Part shown: positions 8,084 to 16,597 of the stretch, piece after piece
Numbering within the stretch: position 1 is the first letter of the stretch
How the letters are laid out: the number at the start of each line of letters is the position of its first letter
DNA from: Thermoplasmata archaeon
GTDB taxonomy: Archaea > Thermoplasmatota > Thermoplasmata > RBG-16-68-12
Assembly (NCBI GenBank): GCA_035299725.1
Contig: DATGWB010000023.1
Coordinates: 1 to 43,898 of the forward strand
Reading direction: 5' to 3'
Length of the DNA: 43,898 nucleotides
Position numbers and translations under genes: made by a program
The notes under the pieces: model-generated
Database searches by the model: none
Told to the model about the DNA's origin: nothing
The model's input: the letters and a program-made list of their open reading frames with translations, nothing else

Positions 8084-9049
8084 ATGGCGTTCGATCCATT
8101 GTTCCTCATCAACGTTGGCTTCTACATCAGCTTCGCGATTGTCTTTGCCCTCCTCGCAATCGGGTTCAACCTCCAGTGGGGCTACACAGGCCTGTTCAAC
8201 GCCGGCATCGCCGGCTTTTTCCTGATCGGGGCCTACACGGCCGCGATCGCGATCACCGCGCCTTCCCCACCGGCCACCGGTTATCCCGGACACCTCGGGG
8301 GATACCAACTTCCTGTCGCCGTTGGCGCGGTTCTCGCGATGGTAGTGGCCGGTTCGGCGGCGGCGCTCATCGCTCTTCCAACGTTGCGCCTCCGGGCCGA
8401 CTATCTGGCGATTGCGACGCTCGCGTTTGCGGAGGTTGTACGGACCATCGCCATCAACCTGGAACCAATCACCGCAGGGACGATCGGGATTGTGGGCATT
8501 CCACGCCTTCTCGAATTCTCGGGCCCCAACAAGCCCTATCTGACGACCGCGACCATCGTCGGGGTCGGCGCGGCTATCGTCCTCGCACTGCTGGTGGCTC
8601 TTCACTTCATCGTCGAGTCGCCATGGGGTCGGGTCTTGCGCGGCGTGCGCGATGACGAGGAGGCGACGATGGCCGTCGGGAAGAATGCGTTCCGGTACAA
8701 GCTCCAGGTGTTCGCCATCGGGGGCGCGCTGATGGGTCTTGCAGGCTGGTTCTCCGTAATGGCGCTTCCGTACCTCGAGCCGGCCGGGAGCTTTGCTCCT
8801 GCCGTCACGTTTTCTATCTGGGTCATGGTGATTGTTGGCGGGGCCGGAAACCTCAAAGGCTCCATCGTCGGGGCGTTCGTCGTCTATGGTCTGGAATGGG
8901 GGTCCGTTCAGTTGAAAGACCTTGCGCCGCCTGAACTCAAGGACTCCATCCCATACATCCGCCTAATGTTGGTGGGCGTTCTCTTGATCGTCCTCATCAT
9001 CTATCGGCCCGACGGGATTCTTCGCGAGAAGAAGCGCGTGCTACGATGA
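8084..9049 (+). CDS. livM: Branched-chain amino acid ABC transporter permease (LivM-type)
   Basis: NLQWGYTGLFNAGIAGFFLIGAY, LRADYLAIATLAFAEVVR and RDDEEATMAVGKN are LivM signatures. Confidence 0.85.
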   Translation: MAFDPLFLINVGFYISFAIVFALLAIGFNLQWGYTGLFNAGIAGFFLIGAYTAAIAITAPSPPATGYPGHLGGYQLPVAVGAVLAMVVAGSAAALIALPTLRLRADYLAIATLAFAEVVRTIAINLEPITAGTIGIVGIPRLLEFSGPNKPYLTTATIVGVGAAIVLALLVALHFIVESPWGRVLRGVRDDEEATMAVGKNAFRYKLQVFAIGGALMGLAGWFSVMALPYLEPAGSFAPAVTFSIWVMVIVGGAGNLKGSIVGAFVVYGLEWGSVQLKDLAPPELKDSIPYIRLMLVGVLLIVLIIYRPDGILREKKRVLR

Positions 9050-9822
9050 ACGCGCCTTTGCCAGAGCAGAGAATCCTGCGAGTCCAGAGGGTTCGGAAGT
9101 CCTTTGGTGGCATCCGCGCGGTGGACGATTGCTCTCTTTCGATCGCGGCTCAGTCTATTACGGGCTTGATCGGTCCGAATGGGGCAGGAAAGTCGACGCT
9201 CTTCAACCTAGTCGCCGGCCTTTACCGCCCCGATGGCGGCGCGATTTGGTTGAGCAACAGCCGGATCGACGGGCTACCGCCTTTCGAGATCGTCCACCTC
9301 GGCCTCACGAAGACGTGGCAAATCCCGCACGAGCTCCGCAACATGACGGTCCTCGAGAACCTGATGCTCGGAGCGAAGAACAATCCGGGAGAGCATTTGT
9401 TGAACATCTTGGTTCGCCCGAGGGTCGTCCGGCGAGAGGAACGGGCTTGGCGGACCCGAGCGCGGGAGATCTTGCGTCTCACGCAACTTGGTGGGCTGGC
9501 AGACGAGTACGCGAAGTCCCTTTCGGGAGGTCAGAAGAAGCTCCTGGAGCTCGCCCGTGCATTGATGACAGAACCGGCGGTCGTCCTGCTCGATGAGCCT
9601 GTGGCGGGTGTGAACCCAACGTTGGCCGCGAGCCTAATGGACCTGATAGAAGGGCTGCGGCAAGCCGGACGGACCTTCTTCCTGATCGAGCACGACATGA
9701 ATGTCGTCATGAACCGATGCGACCGCGTGATCGTCATGCACCAGGGCCGGACGATCGCGGATGGGACGCCGGCAAGTGTGAAGGCCAACCCCGCGGTCAT
9801 CGATTCCTATCTTGGGGGGTAG
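9046..9822 (+). CDS. livG: Branched-chain amino acid ABC transporter ATP-binding protein (LivG-type)
   Basis: Walker A GPNGAGKST, signature LSGGQKKLLELARAL, Walker B VVLLDEP. ATGA overlap with livM. Confidence 0.9.
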   Translation: MNAPLPEQRILRVQRVRKSFGGIRAVDDCSLSIAAQSITGLIGPNGAGKSTLFNLVAGLYRPDGGAIWLSNSRIDGLPPFEIVHLGLTKTWQIPHELRNMTVLENLMLGAKNNPGEHLLNILVRPRVVRREERAWRTRAREILRLTQLGGLADEYAKSLSGGQKKLLELARALMTEPAVVLLDEPVAGVNPTLAASLMDLIEGLRQAGRTFFLIEHDMNVVMNRCDRVIVMHQGRTIADGTPASVKANPAVIDSYLGG

Positions 9823-9824
9823 GC

Positions 9825-10592
9825 TTGCTCCTCCGAGCACAGGACCTCCACTCGGGATACGGCGAGATGGAGATCTTGCACGGCGTTTCACTGACCCTCG
9901 ACAAGGGAGAGATCGTTACCGTGATCGGTCCGAATGGGGCGGGAAAGTCGACGCTCATCAAAGCTATGTTCGGCCTCCTCAAGATCACGAAGGGTCAGGT
10001 TCATTTCAACGAAAACGACATCACCGGGAAACATCCCCGTGAACTTGTCCTCCGAGGGCTTGCATATGTGCCCCAGACAAACAACACGTTCCCCTCTCTC
10101 ACCGTTCTCGAGAACCTCGAGATGGGGGCGATCACTCGGCGGACGTCGCCTCTCCCCCTCCCTTGGAACCGCACTCAGCAGCTTGCAACGCAGAAACCAA
10201 TGAATGACGCTGAGATCCGAGAACGAGCCGCAGGGGTAATCGAGATGTTCCCAAACCTTCAACCGAAACTGCGCGAGCGCGCGGGAACCCTCAGCGGTGG
10301 GGAGCAGCAAATGGTCGCCTTGGCGAAATCGATGATGCTCGACCCCACTGTTCTCCTGATCGATGAGCCTTCGGCCGGACTTGCGCCGAAGCTTGTCGAC
10401 ACCTTGTTCTCAAAAATCGTCGAGATCAACGGAAACGGGACTGCGATCGTGATGGTCGAACAGAACGCAAAGAAAGCGTTGGGAATCGCTCACCGTGGGT
10501 ATGTACTCGAGACCGGTCGCAACCGCTTTGAGGGAACGGGGGAGGAGCTCCTGCACAATACGGATGTGGCGAGACTCTACCTCGGAGGCTAA
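9825..10592 (+). CDS. livF: Branched-chain amino acid ABC transporter ATP-binding protein (LivF-type)
   Basis: I trimmed the track ORF (9717..10592) to TTG 9825, directly after the livG stop (LLLRAQDLHSGYG). Walker A GPNGAGKST, signature LSGGEQQMVALAKSM, Walker B LLIDEP. It carries a roughly 20-aa insertion before the FPNL motif. Confidence 0.8.
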   Translation: MLLRAQDLHSGYGEMEILHGVSLTLDKGEIVTVIGPNGAGKSTLIKAMFGLLKITKGQVHFNENDITGKHPRELVLRGLAYVPQTNNTFPSLTVLENLEMGAITRRTSPLPLPWNRTQQLATQKPMNDAEIRERAAGVIEMFPNLQPKLRERAGTLSGGEQQMVALAKSMMLDPTVLLIDEPSAGLAPKLVDTLFSKIVEINGNGTAIVMVEQNAKKALGIAHRGYVLETGRNRFEGTGEELLHNTDVARLYLGG

Positions 10593-10612
10593 GCCGCGAG
10601 AGCTGACGCTGC

Positions 10613-10644
10613 AAGGAAAAAGAAAGAAAAGGAAAGGAAGAAGG
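10613..10644 (-). terminator. T/C-rich tract directly downstream of the substrate-binding-protein stop (candidate archaeal oligo-T terminator)
   Basis: A 32-nt pure purine run lies on the plus strand (aaggaaaaagaaagaaaaggaaaggaagaagg). On the minus strand this is a pyrimidine/T-rich tract that begins 1 nt after the stop at 10646-10648. Confidence 0.35.
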
Positions 10645-10645
10645 T

Positions 10646-12076
10646 TCAGTCGCGGTTCGAAACGACGACCGCCCGAATCTGAGTCACGAAGTTGTTCGGT
10701 TGGGATGGCGGCGCATTCAGAGCGCTAACGGCTGGCACCACGAGGCTCTCCCCGAAGTACGCCAAACGATAGATCTTGAAGGCCGGAGATGCGCTGACTC
10801 CCCAAACCTCGTAACTTCCGCGGCCCGGATCGTTCGTCGCGTTGAGATCCTCCGTCCCTGACGCTCCCTCCCAGTTCACGGCGTGGCCCGCGGCCAACTC
10901 CGTCAACGCCTTCGACCATTGACCGCCGCTGATGACGGTTCCGGTCGGACCCGAGACCGCGCGCAGGTTGGCTTTGAGCGATGCGCCGTCGACCGCACCG
11001 GCCTTCTGAGCGGCGAGGGCGATGAGATACACCGCGTCATAGGCGTGGGACGCGTAGAGCACGGGGTCTTGGTTGAAGAATGCAGCCTTGTAGCGGCTCA
11101 CGAAGGCGTTGTACAGCGTCGAGTTCGGCGCGGCCGGTGACGTACCCCAAATCTGCGTCACATTAACTCCCACGGTCGGATCCCGGAGCGAATCGACGAA
11201 GCCCTGGTCATCGAGACCCTCCGAGAAGACCCACTGCCTGTTCCACCAGGAATGGGACGACAGTCCCGCCTGCCATTGCTTCATGACGGTCAATCCAGTG
11301 TCCGGGTAGGCGACAAAGTATACGACTTGCGGAGCTGTGGCGGCGCTGGCACCAAACATCTGGTTCAGTGCACCCGTGTAATCCGATTGCGCCTCCGGGA
11401 TGATGACGACTTGGGTGGCGTTGATGGTTCCGCCTAGCGACGTGAACTTCGCCTTGAAGTTGTTGGCCAGTCCAACACCGTAGGGGTTGTTGATCGCCAT
11501 GACTCCGGCGTACCGGAACGAGCTGTTCGTGTACAGGTAGCTCCCGGCGACCGCCCCTTGCAAAGCGTCCGAGGAAATGGTCCGGAAGAACCAACCCTTG
11601 GTTACCGTGAGATCCGAGAGCTTCACGGAAGTCGCGGAAGGAGAAACCATCACAACATTGTTGTCCGCCGCCGTACCGATCGACGCCAAGGAGCCCCCCG
11701 AGAATTGGGCGCCGACGATTGCGTCCACGTGGTTTTGCGTAATCAGTTTCGTGGCCGCCGCGGCTGCCGCTTGGGAGTTCGTCTGGTCGTCCTCATTGAA
11801 CATCACAATCGGCTGTCCCAGGACCCCGCCTGCGGCGTTAATTTCCTGGGCCGCGAGGTTCGCACCTTTCGTATCGCCGGGTCCATATGGCGACAGTCCT
11901 CCCGTCAACGACAACAGCGTTCCAATCCGCAACGCTGGCTTCCCTGCCGGAGCAAACAGCCCACCGAGCACCGCGGCCAGGACGACCACGATGATCACGA
12001 CGATAACCGCAACCGCAATCCACACAGCCCTGCTCTTCATGGCAGGCTTTGCTGCCGAAGGTGTCGTCTCCTCCAT
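10646..12076 (-). CDS. Branched-chain amino acid ABC transporter substrate-binding protein (Peripla_BP_6 type) with N-terminal membrane anchor
   Basis: An N-terminal TM helix (AVWIAVAVIVVIIVVVLAAVLGG) is followed by LRIGTLLSLTGGLSPYGPG...ANLAAQEINAAGGVLGQPI, the LivJ/K-like pattern. Convergent with livHMGF. Confidence 0.85.
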   Translation of the reverse strand: MEETTPSAAKPAMKSRAVWIAVAVIVVIIVVVLAAVLGGLFAPAGKPALRIGTLLSLTGGLSPYGPGDTKGANLAAQEINAAGGVLGQPIVMFNEDDQTNSQAAAAAATKLITQNHVDAIVGAQFSGGSLASIGTAADNNVVMVSPSATSVKLSDLTVTKGWFFRTISSDALQGAVAGSYLYTNSSFRYAGVMAINNPYGVGLANNFKAKFTSLGGTINATQVVIIPEAQSDYTGALNQMFGASAATAPQVVYFVAYPDTGLTVMKQWQAGLSSHSWWNRQWVFSEGLDDQGFVDSLRDPTVGVNVTQIWGTSPAAPNSTLYNAFVSRYKAAFFNQDPVLYASHAYDAVYLIALAAQKAGAVDGASLKANLRAVSGPTGTVISGGQWSKALTELAAGHAVNWEGASGTEDLNATNDPGRGSYEVWGVSASPAFKIYRLAYFGESLVVPAVSALNAPPSQPNNFVTQIRAVVVSNRD

Positions 12077-12230
12077 AATATTCCCGGGGCGTCATGTTTT
12101 GACATGGCTTTAAACGTTCTGGCGGAAGCCAAACGATGACAAGATTGGGCCAACTTTCGAACCCAGGCATCCGGGTTTTGGCAATGGTCGCAGGCGAGTT
12201 AGGCGCGGGGATGCGAGAAATTGTGCACGG

Positions 12231-12509
12231 CTAGAGTGGCCTGTCCCGACGATAGATCACGTACGCGACCAGGCCGAACACCGGGACCAAGAAGACGATC
12301 GCGAACCACACAAGGTTATTCATCCCGCGGATCCGGGCGTCCTGGTACACCCATAGGGCGATGAGGAAGAAGGCGACGTAGAGGGCGAGGAGGAACAGCC
12401 AGAACGCGACCGCCGAGCCCGACGCGGTCGCCTGAAACGGGATCGCGATGTCTGCCAAGACGACGGGCATCTCGATCACTCCACCGGCGCGGTCTCGCTC
12501 GCGCGGCAT
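12231..12509 (-). CDS. Small membrane protein with PLD-nuclease N-terminal (PLDc_N) type domain
   Basis: Two TM helices with LWVYQDARIRGMN...WFAIVFLVPVFGLVAYVIYRR, typical of PLDc_N. The alternative start Met14 at 12470 fits the nearby TATA better. Confidence 0.55.
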   Translation of the reverse strand: MPRERDRAGGVIEMPVVLADIAIPFQATASGSAVAFWLFLLALYVAFFLIALWVYQDARIRGMNNLVWFAIVFLVPVFGLVAYVIYRRDRPL

Positions 12510-12520
12510 GCCCTCAACCC

Positions 12521-12537
12521 ATATTTATATCATTATG
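12521..12537. promoter_or_regulatory. AT-rich box (ATATTTATATCATTATG) between divergent genes; candidate bidirectional TATA element
   Basis: It is the only strongly AT-rich stretch in the 12510-12572 spacer. TTTATAT lies about 45 nt upstream of TTG 12573. Confidence 0.35.
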
Positions 12538-12714
12538 CACGAATCTGTGAGCCCGACGGGAAGGAGAGGCGATTGGCCGAACTGACCTCGGACGCGTTAC
12601 TACTCATCCTGGGTCTCGCCTTGACCGTCGTCGGGATCTTCTTCTTCCGTTTCTGCGCGTGGGAATCCTGGTTCTCCTCGTGGGGTTATCCTGGTCATCG
12701 CCCATGCCGGACAG

Positions 12715-12933
12715 GTGACCAAAACGCCGCTCGCGATGTATCCCGGGTATCCGCCCGGCTATGCGTACCCTCTGTCTACGCCGCCTCCTCCGGCCCAACC
12801 CGCTCCAACTGCCGCTAGCGCGGCTGGTCCGCCTCCCGCGGCATGGACGGGTCGGTTCTGCACGAGCTGCGGTTCGCCGATCGCAAGCGGGGTCTCGTTC
12901 TGCCCGAACTGCGGCACCCGGGTCGCGCCGTGA
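12715..12933 (+). CDS. Pro-rich zinc-ribbon protein (possibly the 3' part of a frame-disrupted membrane protein gene)
   Basis: C-terminal CTSCGSPIASGVSFCPNCG is a classic zinc ribbon, preceded by low-complexity P/A/Y sequence. See the finding on 12573..12933. Confidence 0.45.
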   Translation: MTKTPLAMYPGYPPGYAYPLSTPPPPAQPAPTAASAAGPPPAAWTGRFCTSCGSPIASGVSFCPNCGTRVAP

Positions 12934-12952
12934 CTCGTCGCGCGATGCCTTT

Positions 12953-14281
12953 ATGGCGGGACAGTCTTCTCCGACGCTCGGTGCGGACGTGAAGAGTTCC
13001 GAGGTGTCGGGCTTCTACAAGAAGACCCCGCAGGACCGCTGGCAAGTCATCCGCTCGTTCGGCGAGCTCTCGGACGCAGAGGTCGAGACGATCCAGAACA
13101 CGGGTGCGCTCAAGTTCGACCAGGTCGACCGGATGATCGAAAACGTCGTCGGAGCCATGCCAGTGCCCCTCGGGATCGCGGTGAATTTCCAAGTGAATGG
13201 CCGGGATTATCTCGTGCCGATGGCAATCGAGGAGCCGAGCGTCGTCGCCGCGGCCTCGAACGCGGCCCGGATGGCCCGTGAACGAGGCGGCTTCTCGGCG
13301 AGCACGTCCGGTCCCATCATGATTGGCCAGATCCAACTCGTCGGAGTCTCGGATCCGCACGGCGCGCGGATGACGATCCTTCATCACAAGGATGAAATCC
13401 TCTCGATCGCGAACGAGAAGGATCCGATGCTGGTGAAGGTCGGCGGCGGAGCGAAGGACGTCGAGGTCCGCGTCGTGGACACGAAACGGGGCCACATGGT
13501 CGTCACACACCTCGTCGTCGACTGCCGCGACGCGATGGGGGCCAACGCCGTGAACACGATGGCGGAGGCAATCGCCCCGCACATCGAGAAGTGGACGGGC
13601 GGTCGCGTCTACCTCCGGATCATTTCGAATCTCGCGGTTCGTCGCCTCGCGCGCGCCCGGGCGGTGTTCGCGAAGGACGCCATCCGTACCGAGGACATCC
13701 CCGGCGAAGACGTCGTCGAAGGAATCCTCGAGGCCTACGCGTTCGCGGATGCGGATCCGTTCCGCTGTGCGACGCACAACAAGGGCATCATGAACGGGAT
13801 TGACGCGGTCGTCCTTGCGACCGGCAACGACTGGCGAGCAATCGAGGCCGGCGCCCATGCGTACGCGGCATGGAAGTCCGGCGGCTACCGGTCCCTCACC
13901 GCGTGGGAGAAAGACGTCAATGGAGACCTCGTCGGGACGATCGAGCTGCCCATGGCCGTCGGCCTGGTCGGCGGCGCAACGGCCGTCCATCCCACCGCAA
14001 AGGCGAATGTCCACCTTCTCGGGGTCAAGTCGGCACAAGAACTCGCGGAGGTCATCGCCTCGGTCGGCTTGGCGCAAAACTTCGCCGCCCTGCGTGCGTT
14101 GGCGACGGAGGGCATTCAACGCGGGCACATGTCGCTCCACGCGCGGAACGTCGCGGCGACGGTCGGAGCCGTCGGCGAGGAGGTCGACCGCGTGGCCGAA
14201 ATCCTCGTGAAGGAACGGAAAGTGCGGATGGACCGAGCGAAAGAGGTCCTGTCGGAGCTCCGGTCGCGAGAACCCAAGTGA
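12953..14281 (+). CDS. hmgA: Class II hydroxymethylglutaryl-CoA reductase
   Basis: I trimmed the track ORF (12761..14281) to ATG 12953. MIENVVGAMPVPLGIAVNFQVNGRDYLVPMAIEEPSVVAAASNAARM and DAMGANAVNTMAEA closely resemble class II (Pseudomonas mevalonii-type) HMGR. About 442 aa. Confidence 0.9.
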   Translation: MAGQSSPTLGADVKSSEVSGFYKKTPQDRWQVIRSFGELSDAEVETIQNTGALKFDQVDRMIENVVGAMPVPLGIAVNFQVNGRDYLVPMAIEEPSVVAAASNAARMARERGGFSASTSGPIMIGQIQLVGVSDPHGARMTILHHKDEILSIANEKDPMLVKVGGGAKDVEVRVVDTKRGHMVVTHLVVDCRDAMGANAVNTMAEAIAPHIEKWTGGRVYLRIISNLAVRRLARARAVFAKDAIRTEDIPGEDVVEGILEAYAFADADPFRCATHNKGIMNGIDAVVLATGNDWRAIEAGAHAYAAWKSGGYRSLTAWEKDVNGDLVGTIELPMAVGLVGGATAVHPTAKANVHLLGVKSAQELAEVIASVGLAQNFAALRALATEGIQRGHMSLHARNVAATVGAVGEEVDRVAEILVKERKVRMDRAKEVLSELRSREPK

Positions 14282-14584
14282 GGAATATTTTCGGACCGGA
14301 ATATTCGCACCTGAGGTAAGAAGCTGTGACGTATAATATACGTGCCGAAGACGGTACTACCAATATTTTTCCACGGAGCACAGAATTCCCGACGTTCAAT
14401 GCTACGAATTAGCATGGAAGCCCCGATCGAGCTCTATAAATATCTATCAAAACAGATAAAAGTTGAGCCTCGCCGACCAGGTTCTTGCCCTCTTTGAGAG
14501 ATGTTTATCGTACATCAGTGCGTCAGACTTTCGTCCGACCGGCAGTCTTTCATAGTTTGACGTTCCTTCGCCGCGTCGGGATGG

Positions 14585-15505
14585 GTGCGCACGGTTCGCG
14601 TCGCGATCTACACTAGAGTGTCGACGGAGGACCAAGCCAAGGAAGGCTTTTCCCTGGAGGCGCAGCGCGAACGCCTCGAGGCATATTGCCTGGCCCGCGA
14701 CTGGTCCGTTGCGGCCCGATACGTCGACGAGGGCCATTCCGGCCGAAACATCCGTCGTCCGGCGTACCAGAAGATGATGGCGGAGCGGGACCGATGGGAC
14801 GCCCTCCTGGTCATCAAGATGGACCGGATCCACAGGAACTCCCGGAACTTCATGGAAATGATGGAGAACCTCCAGGAATGGGGGAAGGACTTCGTCTCGG
14901 CGTCGGAGTCGTTGGACACCTCGACCGCGATGGGCCGATTCGTCATGGACATCATTCAACGGATCGCGCAGCTCGAGTCGGAGCAGATCGGCGAGCGGGT
15001 GAAGATGGGGATGACCCAGAAGGCGCGGGTCGGACCCGGGATCCTGGGATTCCATCCACCGCTCGGTTACGATGTCACGGAGGGCCGGCTCGTCCCGATC
15101 GAGGACGAGGCAGAGGTCGTGCGCGAGATGTTCGACCTGTGCCTGAACGGCCGGACTCTCGAGGAGACCGCTCGCGAACTGAATGCCAACGGCCGGCGGA
15201 CGAAACTCGGCACCTCGTGGACGCCGATCAAGGTCTACCGCATCCTCCACAATCCGGTCTACGCCGGTTTCCTCCGATGGGATGGAATCGTCCGGAAGGC
15301 CGACCACGATCCCCTCGTGGCGGTCAAAGGGTTCAACCTAGCCCAAGAGCGCTTGAGGTCGAGGGCGCTGCTCTCAAACGCGCACGCCCCGCCCTTGATT
15401 CTTCCGATATTCCAAGTGAAAAAGACTAACGACAGCGACGTTCCGGGAGGACCGGGAGCACATCTAGTCTCCGCACGCCGGCCGCAGGTCCCTGAGGAGG
15501 CCTAA
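14585..15505 (+). CDS. Serine recombinase (resolvase catalytic domain + recombinase domain; lacks a C-terminal zinc-ribbon/coiled-coil domain)
   Basis: VAIYTRVSTEDQ (catalytic Ser motif), GHSGRNIRRPAYQKMM, LLVIKMDRIHRNSRNF and AQLESEQIGERVKMGM define the resolvase domain. PLGYDV...ARELNANGRRTKLGTSWTPIKVYRILHNPVYAGFLRWDG defines the recombinase domain. GTG start. Confidence 0.85.
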   Translation: MRTVRVAIYTRVSTEDQAKEGFSLEAQRERLEAYCLARDWSVAARYVDEGHSGRNIRRPAYQKMMAERDRWDALLVIKMDRIHRNSRNFMEMMENLQEWGKDFVSASESLDTSTAMGRFVMDIIQRIAQLESEQIGERVKMGMTQKARVGPGILGFHPPLGYDVTEGRLVPIEDEAEVVREMFDLCLNGRTLEETARELNANGRRTKLGTSWTPIKVYRILHNPVYAGFLRWDGIVRKADHDPLVAVKGFNLAQERLRSRALLSNAHAPPLILPIFQVKKTNDSDVPGGPGAHLVSARRPQVPEEA

Positions 15506-16236
15506 TGCAGGAAGGCCGGTGTCAGCGGTGTTGGAGCACGAAGAACCTAGTGAGCCATGAGGTCGACGCGAACCCCCGCGCCGATCCGACAATCCGGCGG
15601 GAGAAGGTCCTCCTCTGCAAGCATTGCGTGGACGGATCTCCGGGCGACGCCCTCCTGTTCTGGGAGGTCTACATGCGATTCGGATCGACCCGCGAAATGC
15701 TCCAGCACTACGCCTCGGAATCCGAGGACGAGGCGCTCCGGAAACTGTGCGTGGAACGCGATCTGAACGAGCGCGAGGTGATGCGGCGGGCCCGAGGGCT
15801 GCAAAGCGTCGAGGCCCTGAACAACGCCGTCAAGAAAGCGAACGCATTCCTCACCTACGCTAGCCCGTACGGATACGACTACGTGGACGGTGTCCTCCAG
15901 CTGAAGAACGAGGAGGCTCGTGTGGTCTCCCTCATCTTCAGGCGCTATCTCGAAGGGAAGGGAATCGCCAAGATCTGCCAGGAGCTCAACCGGGACGGGT
16001 ATCGAACGAAGACCGGTCGAGCGTGGGCGAGCCAGACGATCGCGAACATCCTGAGCAACCCGGTGTACTGCGGCCTCGCCCGTCTGAACGGCGGTATCAA
16101 ACGCGGAAAGCACGAACCGCTCATCGAGATCGAAACGTTTAATCGGGTGCAGAACGAGATGCAACGCCGGATCCGAAGACCCGACCAACGAAAGGCCGAT
16201 CCGCCGCAGCTCCGACTCGAGGACTACCGCGAGTAG
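15505..16236 (+). CDS. Recombinase-domain protein without a resolvase catalytic domain; N-terminal Cys4 zinc-ribbon-like segment
   Basis: PYGYDYVDGVLQLKNEEARVVSLIFRRYLEGKGIAKICQELNRDGYRTKTGRAWASQTIANILSNPVYCGLARLNG...HEPLIEIETFNRVQ parallels the recombinase domain of the upstream gene. The N-terminus has CQRC...x31...CKHC. No YxRVSxxxQ motif. The start overlaps the upstream stop (TAATG). Confidence 0.7.
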   Translation: MQEGRCQRCWSTKNLVSHEVDANPRADPTIRREKVLLCKHCVDGSPGDALLFWEVYMRFGSTREMLQHYASESEDEALRKLCVERDLNEREVMRRARGLQSVEALNNAVKKANAFLTYASPYGYDYVDGVLQLKNEEARVVSLIFRRYLEGKGIAKICQELNRDGYRTKTGRAWASQTIANILSNPVYCGLARLNGGIKRGKHEPLIEIETFNRVQNEMQRRIRRPDQRKADPPQLRLEDYRE

Positions 16237-16395
16237 TGTCCCATTGCGGAGATCCTCACTCTGCTCTCCCTGAAGATAGGACGCGCTCGAGAATCCGGGG
16301 GAAACGGGTGAATTCGCTGCCTCCGGCCACCTCCATCCGTATACGGTCGGTAATCCGAGGCGGAATGGGGACCGCGGGACGCTTCGGATTGACAA

Positions 16396-16411
16396 CACAT
16401 AGTACTATGTG
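16396..16411. promoter_or_regulatory. Perfect 16-bp palindrome CACATAGTACTATGTG (candidate operator)
   Basis: Verified self-complementary by eye. It sits about 35 nt upstream of the small RHH ORF and just 5' of an AT-rich CATATAGGATTATG box. Confidence 0.5.
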
Positions 16412-16444
16412 CGCATATAGGATTATGTGGTCGAGGGGACTACC

Positions 16445-16597
16445 GTGACAAAACGTGTCAAGGACCTAACCACGGTCCAACTCACGACGCAAACTCGGGA
16501 TCGGCTGTACCGCCTGAAGTTCCGGAAGACGTACGATGAGTTTCTCGAAGAACTGTGCGACCTGTACGAAAGATCTGAAAAGGGCCTTGAAAGCTGA
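16445..16597 (+). CDS. Small ribbon-helix-helix (CopG/Arc-like) protein, 50 codons, not in the supplied ORF track
   Basis: My own translation from GTG 16445: VTKRVKDLTTVQLTTQTRDRLYRLKFRKTYDEFLEELCDLYERSEKGLES*. A beta-strand-like TVQLTTQT is followed by two amphipathic helices, the RHH layout. An alternative GTG start lies at 16427, and an in-frame TAG at 16418. Confidence 0.45.
   Translation: MTKRVKDLTTVQLTTQTRDRLYRLKFRKTYDEFLEELCDLYERSEKGLES

Noticed and set aside
10613-10644. Polypurine tract considered as a microsatellite or triplex-forming regulatory element
   Set aside because: There is no exact repeat unit. Its position immediately after a minus-strand stop is most simply explained as a T-rich archaeal terminator.
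12815-14140. 441-aa minus-strand ORF antisense to HMG-CoA reductase
   Set aside because: Arg/Asp-rich artefact. The plus-strand HMGR is unambiguous.
14116-14415. 99-aa minus-strand ORF starting in the AT-rich spacer after hmgA
   Set aside because: Two thirds of it overlaps the hmgA 3' end antisense, it has no recognisable features, and its composition is poor.
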